From assembly GCA_013426755.1 (NCBI GenBank), contig AP019861.1:1254270-1318269 (forward strand): DNA of 64,000 nucleotides, read 5' to 3'. The DNA is from Spirochaetota bacterium (GTDB lineage: Bacteria > Spirochaetota > UBA12135 > COTS27). Below are positions 35,336 to 44,107 of the stretch, one piece after another; within the stretch, counting starts at the first letter, position 1, and every line of letters begins with the position of its first letter. The notes under the pieces were generated by a model. The model saw nothing but the letters and a program-made list of their open reading frames with translations. It was not told where the DNA came from and made no database searches. A program made the position numbers and the translations under genes.

Positions 35336-35740
35336 TATTTCATCACTATTTTTCATCAATCGCAATCTCAATCTCTTATCCGCAATTCCTCCCCGTATCC
35401 CAACGGTATTTCCTCCCTGCACAGTTTATTCTCCGAGAATCATCACCATTCAGACGCCATCATACGATAACTCATGATATACGATAACTCACGATATTTC
35501 ATGATAACTATTCAAAATTCAGCATAGCATTCAGTATACCATTCAGCATTATAACTGAACCCCTACACTTCAATTAACGGTATGGCTACGCTATAACACA
35601 TTCATTATACGGTATTTCTTGTAGAATGACGCATAAATTTATAACTAGCTGCCATTAAATTTATTTTTAACCGTCAATATAAGGTTTTTGCCCTGTTTTC
35701 ATTTATTTTCTAGCCCTTTCAATATCTATTTCTATTTGCC

Positions 35741-36316
35741 ACTTACCATTTATGATTTACCGTTTATTATTTATCATTTATTATTTACCATTTATTATTT
35801 ACCAATTATCATTTACCGTTTATTATTTACCAATTATCATTTACCAATTATTATTTACCAATTATTATTTACGAATTATTATTTACCATTTATTATTTAC
35901 CAATTATTATTTACCAATTATCATTTACCAATTATCATTTACCATTTATTATTTACCAATTATCATTTACCGTTTATTATTTACCAATTATCATTTACCA
36001 ATTATCATTTACCAATTATCATTTACCAATTATCATTTACCGTTTATTATTTACCAATTATCATTTACCAATTATCATTTACCAATTATCATTTACCAAT
36101 TATCATTTACCAATTATCATTTAGCAATTATTATTTACCAATTATTATTTACCAATTATTATTTACCAATTATCATTTACCGTTTATTATTTACCATTTA
36201 TCATTTACCAATTATTATTTACCATTTAGCATTTACCAATTATTATTTACCATTTAGCATTTACCAATTATCATTTACCAATTATTATTTACCGTTTAGT
36301 ATTTACTATTTATCAT
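35741..36316. repeat. Intergenic microsatellite-like array, 14-bp unit x~40
   Basis: The unit is atttaccaattatc, with the variants atttaccgtttatt and atttaccatttatt. Confidence 0.95.
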
Positions 36317-36420
36317 ATGTGATTTTTAGGTAATTTTATATCAAATTTAAAGTGCTACGGAGTCTTATCCCCGTCTTTACACGTATTCGCCTCATCATTC
36401 GTGTATTGCTCATGCGAACA

Positions 36421-39400
36421 TCATATCCCTATAAGACGCGGATAAATCCCATTCATAAAAGACCACACTCCAGTATCCCAATTCACATATACAGCATTCT
36501 CACCACTACCACCATTAGTCGTCGGAGCTGAGACTTGAAGTTCCACAGTCCTCCGACCTACCGCATTCACATCAGCACTCGCCGACTGCCCTGTTGTCTC
36601 TTTATCCCAATAAGAAGCAATTGTCATCCCACCACTATTATTTCCAACCAGCCCACCTGTAGTCGCATTTCCAATCACACTCCCAGCCGCATACACATTA
36701 GATAACACGCCCCCATAACGCTCACCAACAATACCCCCCACCTGCGTTGTTCCCACAATCGAAGCCGTCGAGTACGCATTCGCTACAGTACCACCCACTT
36801 GCCATCCGACCAGACCCCCCGCCTGAACATCCATACCCCGCACAAACCCCGCCGTATAAGATACACTCACATTCCCCGTAGAACCCAGCTGCCCCACCAG
36901 ACCACCGACAATTCCATTCCCACGCAAAGTACTCTCCACAACATAACTACGCGTGATCGCACCCGCATTCGAGCCCACTAACCCTCCTGTGATCCTCCCG
37001 CGATTAGACAATCCTGCATTTCTTACATACGCATCAAGAATCATTCCTGCATTGTAACCGATCATCCCGCCTAACGGTAAGAACGTTTTCACCTGTCCAT
37101 TACCATTGCTGACCGTGACCTCTTCGAGAGCCACACGATCAATTGTTCCCGCAGCCACCACTCCAGCCAGCCCGCCTAGGTAAGCATTGCCAATAATTTT
37201 TACATTGCGTAACTGACAATTGCTGATCACACCACCATCGACAATTCCAAACAATCCCTTATAATTGCCGTTATTCGTCACATTCGTTCTTGTATTTGAA
37301 ATGTAGAGGTTTGAGATCGTTTGGTTATTGCAGTCAAAAGTGCCACGGAACCGACTCGTATGCGAACCAAAACTATTCACCGCATTTCTAGTCGTCCCAA
37401 TCGGTATAAACCCACCATAATTCCCAGCTCCATCACTATTTCCATCACCACTTCCGCTTTTTGCCTCACTCCACGGCGCTTCCACCTCCCCCAAATCCAC
37501 ATCCGCTGTCAAACGATAATGATCGTCTCCGTAGACATCATTCGTCTCATTGACAAGCTCAGCCACTAAGTTTAACCTAAGAGCGCTGTCGACCTGCCAC
37601 GGATTAGCAGCTGTTCCCACATCGACTAAATCTCCATTGACACCCATCATCCCAACGATATTCTCTTCATCGTCTTTTAATGTGCAAGCCCCTACATTGA
37701 CGGTGAATAAAAATTCTGCTATTGGATTTATTGGATTTTCTAGTGCCGCCTCCCCCTCAGCAATCAATCTTAACCGCCTAGCATACATGCCCGCTTCATA
37801 TGGATTTATAGGACGACTATTCATGTCTTCGATTGTGGCACGGATATGAGTCACTGGCATTCCCCCTACAAAAACCGTAGTGCGCGGTGAAAATTCTGTC
37901 CGACACGGCTTCAATCGTACCTCCGCCGTATCCAAAACCTCGCCTTCCGTAAAAATAACCTCCTCAATACCCCCACTCAAACGAACCTGCACTACTCCCA
38001 CAAATTTTAATTCCACGCGATAAGACAAGCCCCCATTCGACAAGTCCCCATTTGCTCCAATCGGTGTAAAAACAATCTCTTCTTTAACCGTCATTTTAGT
38101 TTCTGCCAGCCCAGGGGGATTGAGTTTCGAACCTGAAATCGTAAACACCTCAGGCTCCGCTCGGTACAACGCATTGCTATCATCACTCCCAATTCTTACC
38201 GTAAGCATTCCCGTCACATCATCGAGCCGATTGGTAACCATTCCAATTGTTATCACATCGTTTGTGATGCTCATCACCGCAGGCGCCTCGTACAGAACGT
38301 CATCTGAAGTTGTGATCCTTATATCCTCACGCTGGACGCATTCTTTAACATTAACGTCGAATGAAAACTCGGTGATTAAAACGCCATTGTTACGCACCGC
38401 TAACACAGCAGCAACCGTTCCAATGATATATGGATTGATTTCACTCACCGTTACGCTCAGTCCTGGCGCATTCTCCGAAGGGTCATTTCTAGTACCCAAG
38501 ATATTTGCAGTGTTCAAGTGGTTATTCTCAGTACCCAAGATATTTGTAGTATTCAAATGATTATTTCCAGTACCCAAGATATTTGTAGTATTCAAATGAT
38601 TATTTCCAGTACCCAAGATATTTGTAGTATTCAAAGGGTTATTTCCAGTACCCAGAATAGCTGCCGTATTCGAGTTAGCATCACCTTCGGTAGGGCTATT
38701 CAAATTGTCCGCACCGTAACTAAACGGCACCTCAATGCCCCCATCCAATACCCTAATGCTAGGCGGGAAATCACTACACGCCCGCAATTCAAGTCTCTCG
38801 CCACCAGCCGCATACTCCGTCAACGTCACCTCACCTTCACCACTCCCAAGACGCACCTGCACCAACCCTCCCAGCTCTACCACAATCTGATATTTTAACG
38901 CCCGATCATAGAGCTTAAAACCCGCCGCATCCACCGGAATGATTGCAATCTCAAACGGAGCTGTCATTCTCTCAGCGCCTATGCCGATTGGATTGAGAAC
39001 TAGCCCTGATATTGTAAACGTCTCGGGCTCCGCTTCGTACGCCACGTCGCTACTGGTGTCTTTGATTGTGACCGTAAGCATTCCTGTAACGTCGTCATTG
39101 TGATTTTTGATATTGCCGATTGTTATCATATTTTTGCTATTCGCATTATCAGTGTTCACATTGTCAATATTCGCATTCTTGGTATTCAAATTATCAGTGT
39201 TCGCGTTCTTGGTATACACATTGTCAATATTCACATTGTAAGTGTTCGTATTCTGGGTATACACATTGTTAGTATTCGCATTGTAAGTGTTCGTATTCTG
39301 GGTATACACATTGTCAATATTCACATTGTTAGTATTCGCATTGTTAGTGTTCGTGTTCTTGGTATACACATTGTAGGTGTTCGTATTCTGGGTATACACA

Positions 39401-39864
39401 TTGCCAATATTCGCATTCTGGGTGTTCGCATTGTAAGTGTTCGTGTTCTTGGTATACACATTGTAGGTGTTCGTATTCTGGGTATACACATTGCCAATAT
39501 TCGCATTCTGGGTGTTCGCATTGTCAGTGTTCGTGTTCTCGACAATACCCGTGATGCGCGGACCCTCATACAACACTACATCCGAACTCTCAATCATAAT
39601 GTCTTCCACAGCCACCGACACAACTTCCACCTCTTCAATCACCTCTGCTATTTCTCCCAAACCACGCTGCCCTATCGTACACCCAAGGGTTATCATTGCT
39701 AATAGGAGCATCAGGAGCATCAGGGGCATCAGGAGCATCACCACCACCGCTCCTAGCCTTAATAGTCCTCCTCCTCCCCTCTTCTTATACAAAAAGGTTC
39801 TGGGTAGTAGGGACGCGCTTATTGATATTGAAGATCGGAGCATTGATTTTTCTTTTTCATTCAA
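36421..39864 (-). CDS. GLUG-motif surface lipoprotein with Asn-rich repeat tracts (family member 5)
   Basis: 1147 aa. It has a hydrophobic leader plus the lipobox ITLGC and an Asn/Thr-rich tract. Duplicated ~250-aa modules share the motif DDVTGMLTV.I...S...Y.AEPE.FTISG..LNP.G. There is also a 13-aa repeat tract. The lead-in is NPWQVDS...DVDL...FRGTFDCNNQTISNLYI, followed by GLUG units, and it ends SYWDKETTG...YPRL. Confidence 0.8.
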   Translation of the reverse strand: MNEKEKSMLRSSISISASLLPRTFLYKKRGGGGLLRLGAVVVMLLMPLMLLMLLLAMITLGCTIGQRGLGEIAEVIEEVEVVSVAVEDIMIESSDVVLYEGPRITGIVENTNTDNANTQNANIGNVYTQNTNTYNVYTKNTNTYNANTQNANIGNVYTQNTNTYNVYTKNTNTNNANTNNVNIDNVYTQNTNTYNANTNNVYTQNTNTYNVNIDNVYTKNANTDNLNTKNANIDNVNTDNANSKNMITIGNIKNHNDDVTGMLTVTIKDTSSDVAYEAEPETFTISGLVLNPIGIGAERMTAPFEIAIIPVDAAGFKLYDRALKYQIVVELGGLVQVRLGSGEGEVTLTEYAAGGERLELRACSDFPPSIRVLDGGIEVPFSYGADNLNSPTEGDANSNTAAILGTGNNPLNTTNILGTGNNHLNTTNILGTGNNHLNTTNILGTENNHLNTANILGTRNDPSENAPGLSVTVSEINPYIIGTVAAVLAVRNNGVLITEFSFDVNVKECVQREDIRITTSDDVLYEAPAVMSITNDVITIGMVTNRLDDVTGMLTVRIGSDDSNALYRAEPEVFTISGSKLNPPGLAETKMTVKEEIVFTPIGANGDLSNGGLSYRVELKFVGVVQVRLSGGIEEVIFTEGEVLDTAEVRLKPCRTEFSPRTTVFVGGMPVTHIRATIEDMNSRPINPYEAGMYARRLRLIAEGEAALENPINPIAEFLFTVNVGACTLKDDEENIVGMMGVNGDLVDVGTAANPWQVDSALRLNLVAELVNETNDVYGDDHYRLTADVDLGEVEAPWSEAKSGSGDGNSDGAGNYGGFIPIGTTRNAVNSFGSHTSRFRGTFDCNNQTISNLYISNTRTNVTNNGNYKGLFGIVDGGVISNCQLRNVKIIGNAYLGGLAGVVAAGTIDRVALEEVTVSNGNGQVKTFLPLGGMIGYNAGMILDAYVRNAGLSNRGRITGGLVGSNAGAITRSYVVESTLRGNGIVGGLVGQLGSTGNVSVSYTAGFVRGMDVQAGGLVGWQVGGTVANAYSTASIVGTTQVGGIVGERYGGVLSNVYAAGSVIGNATTGGLVGNNSGGMTIASYWDKETTGQSASADVNAVGRRTVELQVSAPTTNGGSGENAVYVNWDTGVWSFMNGIYPRLIGI
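38488..38672. repeat. 39-bp coding repeat x~5 (ILGTGNNHLNTTN)
   Basis: agtacccaagatatttgtagtattcaaatgattatttcc is reiterated. The protein tract is ILGTGNNPLNTTNILGTGNNHLNTTNILGTGNNHLNTTNILGTENNHLNTANILGT. Confidence 0.9.
39125..39545. repeat. Nested 15/30/90-bp coding repeats (Asn-rich N-T-N-T-Y-N-V-Y-T-K-type units)
   Basis: The segments 39361-39450 and 39451-39540 are almost identical 90-bp copies built from ggtatacacattgt.a.tgttcgtattct subunits. The protein tract is NTQNANIGNVYTQNTNTYNVYTKNTNTYNA... Confidence 0.9.
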
Positions 39865-40045
39865 TCTTTTTTATTCTGCATTGAATTTATTCTAATTTTC
39901 TATACAACACCAGCCAGCGTTTTAAGGAACACTCCTCCCATTAGTGCCGCTTAAGTACTATTTTGGAAGACACGCCGATTAATATTGCAAAAAATTTGAA
40001 TAATCTAGAAAAAATTTGTTCTCCAATACCAATTGAAATGCAATT

Positions 40046-40328
40046 TTCTAAGAATTGTATTCTCTAAGATTGTAATTTTCTAAGAATGCAATTCTCTAAG
40101 ACTGCAATTGGAGAACTCACAGACTTTCTCAATCAAAGATTCAATGCTTTTTAATTTCCAACTTTCAATCAAAGAACCACAGATTTTCTCAATCAAAGAT
40201 TCACAGATCTTCTAAGAATTGCATTCTCTAAGATTATAATTTTCTAAAAATGCAATTCTCTGAAACTGTAATTGGAGTTACTCTCTGGTAACAATTTCCA
40301 ACTTTCAATCAAAGAACCACAGATTTTC
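40046..40328. repeat. ~164-bp intergenic segmental duplication (about 1.7 copies)
   Basis: ttctaagaattg.attctctaagatt.taattttctaa.aatgcaattctct.a.actg.aattggag... starts at 40046 and again at 40210. Both copies continue into tttccaactttcaatcaaagaaccacagattttctcaatcaaa. Confidence 0.85.
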
Positions 40329-40700
40329 TCAATCAAAAATTCATTGCTTTTTATCAATCATTCGCAACTCCTCTCAATCAAAAATTCATTGCTTTTTATC
40401 AATCATTCGCAACTCCTCTCAATCAAAAATTCACTGCTTTTTATCAATCATTCGCAACTCTTCTCAATCAAAAATTCACTGCTTTTTATCAATCATTCGC
40501 AACTCTTCTCAATCAAAAATTCATTGCTTTTTATCAATCATTCGCAACTCTTCTCAATCAAAAATTCATTGCTTTTTATCAATCATTCGCAACTCTTCTC
40601 AATCAAAAATTCATTGCTTTTTATCAATCATTCGCAACTCCTCTCAATCATTCATAGCTTTTCTCAACTCTCAATTAAAAATTCACAGCTTTTTCATCGC
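40328..40700. repeat. Intergenic tandem repeat, 45-bp unit x~7.5
   Basis: The unit is ctcaatcaaaaattca.tgctttttatcaatcattcgcaactc.t. The whole unit is conserved. Confidence 0.95.
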
Positions 40701-40888
40701 TAACCACATTGCTGCCTTGTCGTATAACATTTATATACAACAAGATTGGAATAAATATTGAATTATTTTTTGATATTTTATATTATTTTTATTCATTTGA
40801 ATAAAAATAGTATTTATTTCAATAATTATCGTATTTATTTAAATAAATATCAAATTGATAAATTTCAAAAATCTTAAATCATTGAATT

Positions 40889-41310
40889 TTGGGGTGATTG
40901 GGTTATGGTGATTATTTTTTGGGGTGATTCGGTTTTTAGGTGGGTCGATTGTTAGGTGGCTGGGTTTTTAGGTGGTTGGATTGTTGGGTGATTGGGTTTT
41001 TAGGGGGTTGGATTATTGGGTGATTCGGTTTTTGGTGGTTGGATTGTTTTTAGGTGGTTGGGTTTTTATGGGGGTAGATTTTTGGGGTGATTGGGTTATT
41101 TTGGGGTGATTCGGTTTTTAGGTGATTATTTTTTGGGGTGGCTGGATTTTTGGGTGGCTGGATTGTTGGGTGATTGGGTTTTTAGGTGATTATTTTTTGG
41201 GGTGGCTGGATTATTGGGGTGGTTGGGTTTTTAGGTGGGTCGATTGTTAGATGATTGGATTGTTGGGTGGCTGGATTGTTGGGTGGCTGGATTTTTTGGG
41301 GCGATTGAGT
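40889..41310. repeat. G/T-rich, almost C-free degenerate ~15-17-bp repeat array
   Basis: Units of the type ggtgattgggtttttag, ggtggctggattgttg and tggggtgattcggttttta are reiterated. More than 25 runs of at least 3 G lie on the + strand, with very few C. Confidence 0.9.
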
Positions 41311-41420
41311 TATCAATGGGGAATGATTCCCATTTCCTATTCTCGAGATTGCCCCCCTTATATTAGGGGTTTCAAGGTTAAGCATGGAATATTGCCTATT
41401 CAATGCTTGTTAAAGCACAA

Positions 41421-41895
41421 ATTGGCAGACTCAGATTATCAAGCTTAATCAGATTGGTAAGCCCAGATTGTCAGATTGTCGGGATTAATCGGATTGGTAA
41501 GCCCAGATTGGCAGGCTTAATCAGATTGGCAGGGTTAATCAGATTAGCAGGCTCAGATTGGCAGGGTTAATCAGATTGGCAAGCCTAGATTGGCAGATTG
41601 GCAGGGTTAATCAGATTGTCAAGCTTAATCAGATTGTCAGATTGGCAAGCTTAATCAGATTGTCAGATTGGTAAACTTAATCAGATTGGCAAGCCTAGAT
41701 TGTTAGATTGTTAGGCTTAATCAGATTGTCAAGCTTAATCAGATTGTCAGATTGGTAAACTTAATCAGATTGGCAAGCCCAGATTGTCAGATTGTTAGGA
41801 TTAATCAGATTGGTAAGCCCAGATTGTTAGATTGTTAGGCTTAATCAGATTGGTAAGGGCAGATTGGCAGATTGGTAGGGTTAATCAGATTGTCA
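41421..41895. repeat. Nested degenerate repeats with core CAGATTG (18-40-bp higher-order units)
   Basis: aatcagattg[gt][ct]a[ag]g[cg]tt and cagattgtcagattggcaagcttaat are reiterated throughout. The array runs into the stop codon of ORF 41893-42291. Confidence 0.9.
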
Positions 41896-42291
41896 GAATG
41901 GGCTATTGAAATATGGATTGGGCGCTTCCTCGTCCTCGTCTTTCGCCTTAGAATTGGGACGCAGGAGGTAATTTTGCTTATTGCATTCGCATGATGAGAT
42001 CAATTTCAGGTATTTCACCGCTTCCTCTTGCGATATATGGACAGATTTTATCTCGCCAGCCGCTATCTTCGTCAAAACCGTCGCCGTCAATTTTTCATCC
42101 GACGAAAAATCACGATCCGCTTGCTTCAATTGACACACTTCACTCAACATCAAATTTAACTGCTTCCTAGCAAACGCTAGCAATGTCGAGCGAAATGAAC
42201 TATGCCCTATCTTATCCGCTGATACAGACATTCCTGCCTTCTTATCACGCCGCCGCTTCACCTTCAAATAACCTCTTCCGCTGCTTCTCAC
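41893..42291 (-). CDS. Hypothetical small protein downstream of a pentapeptide-repeat gene
   Basis: 132-aa ORF with a basic N-terminus. No motif is recognised. A possible alternative start is MSVSADK. It lies 94 bp downstream of, and co-oriented with, 42386-44041. Confidence 0.4.
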   Translation of the reverse strand: MRSSGRGYLKVKRRRDKKAGMSVSADKIGHSSFRSTLLAFARKQLNLMLSEVCQLKQADRDFSSDEKLTATVLTKIAAGEIKSVHISQEEAVKYLKLISSCECNKQNYLLRPNSKAKDEDEEAPNPYFNSPF

Positions 42292-42385
42292 ATATTCCTT
42301 CTTTCATTCCTACCTCCTCCTACTATTAATATACTACTCTTTCTTTAAATGATCGGAAAATTTTATCATTATTCTATTAAAAATT

Positions 42386-44041
42386 TTATAAATTCTTGAA
42401 AAATTTCTGTTGTTTTTTTAGCCTCTTTTTAACTTCTTCTAGCATTGCGATAATCTTGTCTGCTTCTGCTTTGGGGTATTCTTCTATTTCAGCCCCAGGA
42501 GGAATAGGAGTATTATTAGGTTCACCTAAGTTTTCTTCTAGTATTTCTTCGACTCTGTTCATTCTCTCTTTAAAATTGTTAATATCATTATAATTTATAC
42601 CAGTTAATACCTTCTCGATCTCTGTTCTACAACTCTTAAAGTTCTTTAAATTATCTGCTTTTACACCTCCACTAAATATAACATCTTTGAGATCAGCTTT
42701 TTTACCTGATCTATTCTTTAATCTATCAACTGCAAGTTCTAAATTTGTTTTTGGTGGTATATGTATAGATATATTGGGATCAGCATAGGCTCCATTAAAA
42801 TTAATGACTGCAAACTCATCAGACTGAAGTTGAAGTTGAGCTTTATATAAGTTAGTCGCTTGAAATCGAGCCGTCATTAAATTTGCTCCTTGAAACTGAG
42901 CATAACTTAAATCAGCTCCTTGAAAATCAGCACAACTTAAATCAGCCCCTTGAAGCTGAGCTTCTCTTAAATTAGCCCCTTGAAGTTGAACTCCATTTGA
43001 AAGAATAATTTGAGGCTGTTTTTTTTCTGAATCAGTCGTTTGAAGAAACCCTAATCGAGCCCCTTGGAGATGGGATTTTCTTAAATTAGCACCTTGGAGA
43101 TGGGACTCTCTTAAATTAGCCCCTTGAAGTTGGGCTTCTTCTAAATTAGCCCCTTGAAGATAAGCTGATTGTAAAGTAGCCGCTTGAAGCTGGGCTTTCT
43201 CTAACTTAGCCTCTTGAAGTTGAGCATAATCTAAATTAGCCTCTTGAAGATATGCATGATTTAAATTAGTCCCTTGAAGCTGGGCATTCCATAAATAAGC
43301 CTCTTGAAGTTGGGCAGAACCTAATTTAGCACCTTGAAGCCAAGCTTGCCTTAAATTAGCTCCTTGAAGTTGGGCTTTTTCTAAATTAGCTCCGTTAAGA
43401 TGCGCATTTGCTAGGTTTATCCAGTGACTCTTAAAAGGAAAGTCCTTATTATTCTCTTTATTTGTTAGAAGATCGAGAATGCTCTGCACCTCGTCAGAGG
43501 GTTTAGTTTTATATCTTTCAGAGTAACTTTCTTTGTCAAAAATAGGTCCCACAGTAGTCGCAAGGTCCTTTTGCCTGTTAAAAATAGGTTTCTCACTGGT
43601 CGTAATGCCTCTTATGTGGACACAGAGCACATTGCAGATGTTTACACGACGGTCTTCATTATCTCTGGCTAGATAATACAGTCCGTAAGCTCCTGCTAGA
43701 CGAACACTTGAATTTTCATTTCCAAATTGTGTGATTGCATTTTTATAGCGGTCCTCGATGTTTCCTTGATCTAACGCTCTTACTCGCTCAAGGGCAGCCA
43801 CCGCAACCAATGATGCTATCACACCACCGATCGCATATCCTAAACGTACTATGAGTACTCCAGGATTGCAGAGTTGATTAGTTTCTGTAATGCCTAAATT
43901 TTTGATAAAACAAGGGCGGCAGTACTCCCCAGAAAGATTGGCAACTAAAAGTCCGATAAGAAATAAAAGTACAACAATGACGAGACATTTAACCCAGTTT
44001 TTTTTAAACCAGTTTTTAAAAGATTTTACATTCATAGCCAT
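42386..44041 (-). CDS. Membrane-anchored pentapeptide-repeat protein (PRP family member 1)
   Basis: 551 aa with two hydrophobic helices. The conserved N-domain is QGNIEDRYKNAITQFGNENSSVRLAGAYGLYYLARDN..RR.NIC.VLCVHIR..TTS ... KPSDEVQSILDLLTNKENNKDFPFKSHWINLANAHL. About 200 aa of A(N/D)LxxAQLQG pentapeptide repeats follow. The conserved C-domain is IFSGGV...YPKAEADKIIAMLEEVKK. Confidence 0.85.
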   Translation of the reverse strand: MAMNVKSFKNWFKKNWVKCLVIVVLLFLIGLLVANLSGEYCRPCFIKNLGITETNQLCNPGVLIVRLGYAIGGVIASLVAVAALERVRALDQGNIEDRYKNAITQFGNENSSVRLAGAYGLYYLARDNEDRRVNICNVLCVHIRGITTSEKPIFNRQKDLATTVGPIFDKESYSERYKTKPSDEVQSILDLLTNKENNKDFPFKSHWINLANAHLNGANLEKAQLQGANLRQAWLQGAKLGSAQLQEAYLWNAQLQGTNLNHAYLQEANLDYAQLQEAKLEKAQLQAATLQSAYLQGANLEEAQLQGANLRESHLQGANLRKSHLQGARLGFLQTTDSEKKQPQIILSNGVQLQGANLREAQLQGADLSCADFQGADLSYAQFQGANLMTARFQATNLYKAQLQLQSDEFAVINFNGAYADPNISIHIPPKTNLELAVDRLKNRSGKKADLKDVIFSGGVKADNLKNFKSCRTEIEKVLTGINYNDINNFKERMNRVEEILEENLGEPNNTPIPPGAEIEEYPKAEADKIIAMLEEVKKRLKKQQKFFKNL

Positions 44042-44107
44042 AGAACACGAGTAGAATATTAAAGAATTATACTCTGCTTGAGTTACTCTTCGTAACGGTA
44101 TTAGTTA

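Noticed and set aside
34275-36333. ORFs 34275-34877, 34507-34938, 34628-34858, 35288-35470, 35688-36257 and 35752-36333, which look like hydrophobic repeat proteins.
   Set aside because: - All are translations of T-rich tandem arrays with 40-, 32- and 14-bp units.
- Periods of 40, 32 and 14 bp are not multiples of three, and several frames are open simultaneously.
- The first three overlap the 5' end of the real minus-strand gene.
40272-41448. ORFs 40272-40703, 41182-41403 and 41251-41448 inside the 45-bp and G/T-rich arrays.
   Set aside because: They are repeat translations without unique sequence, and neighbouring units of the same arrays contain stops in the same frames.
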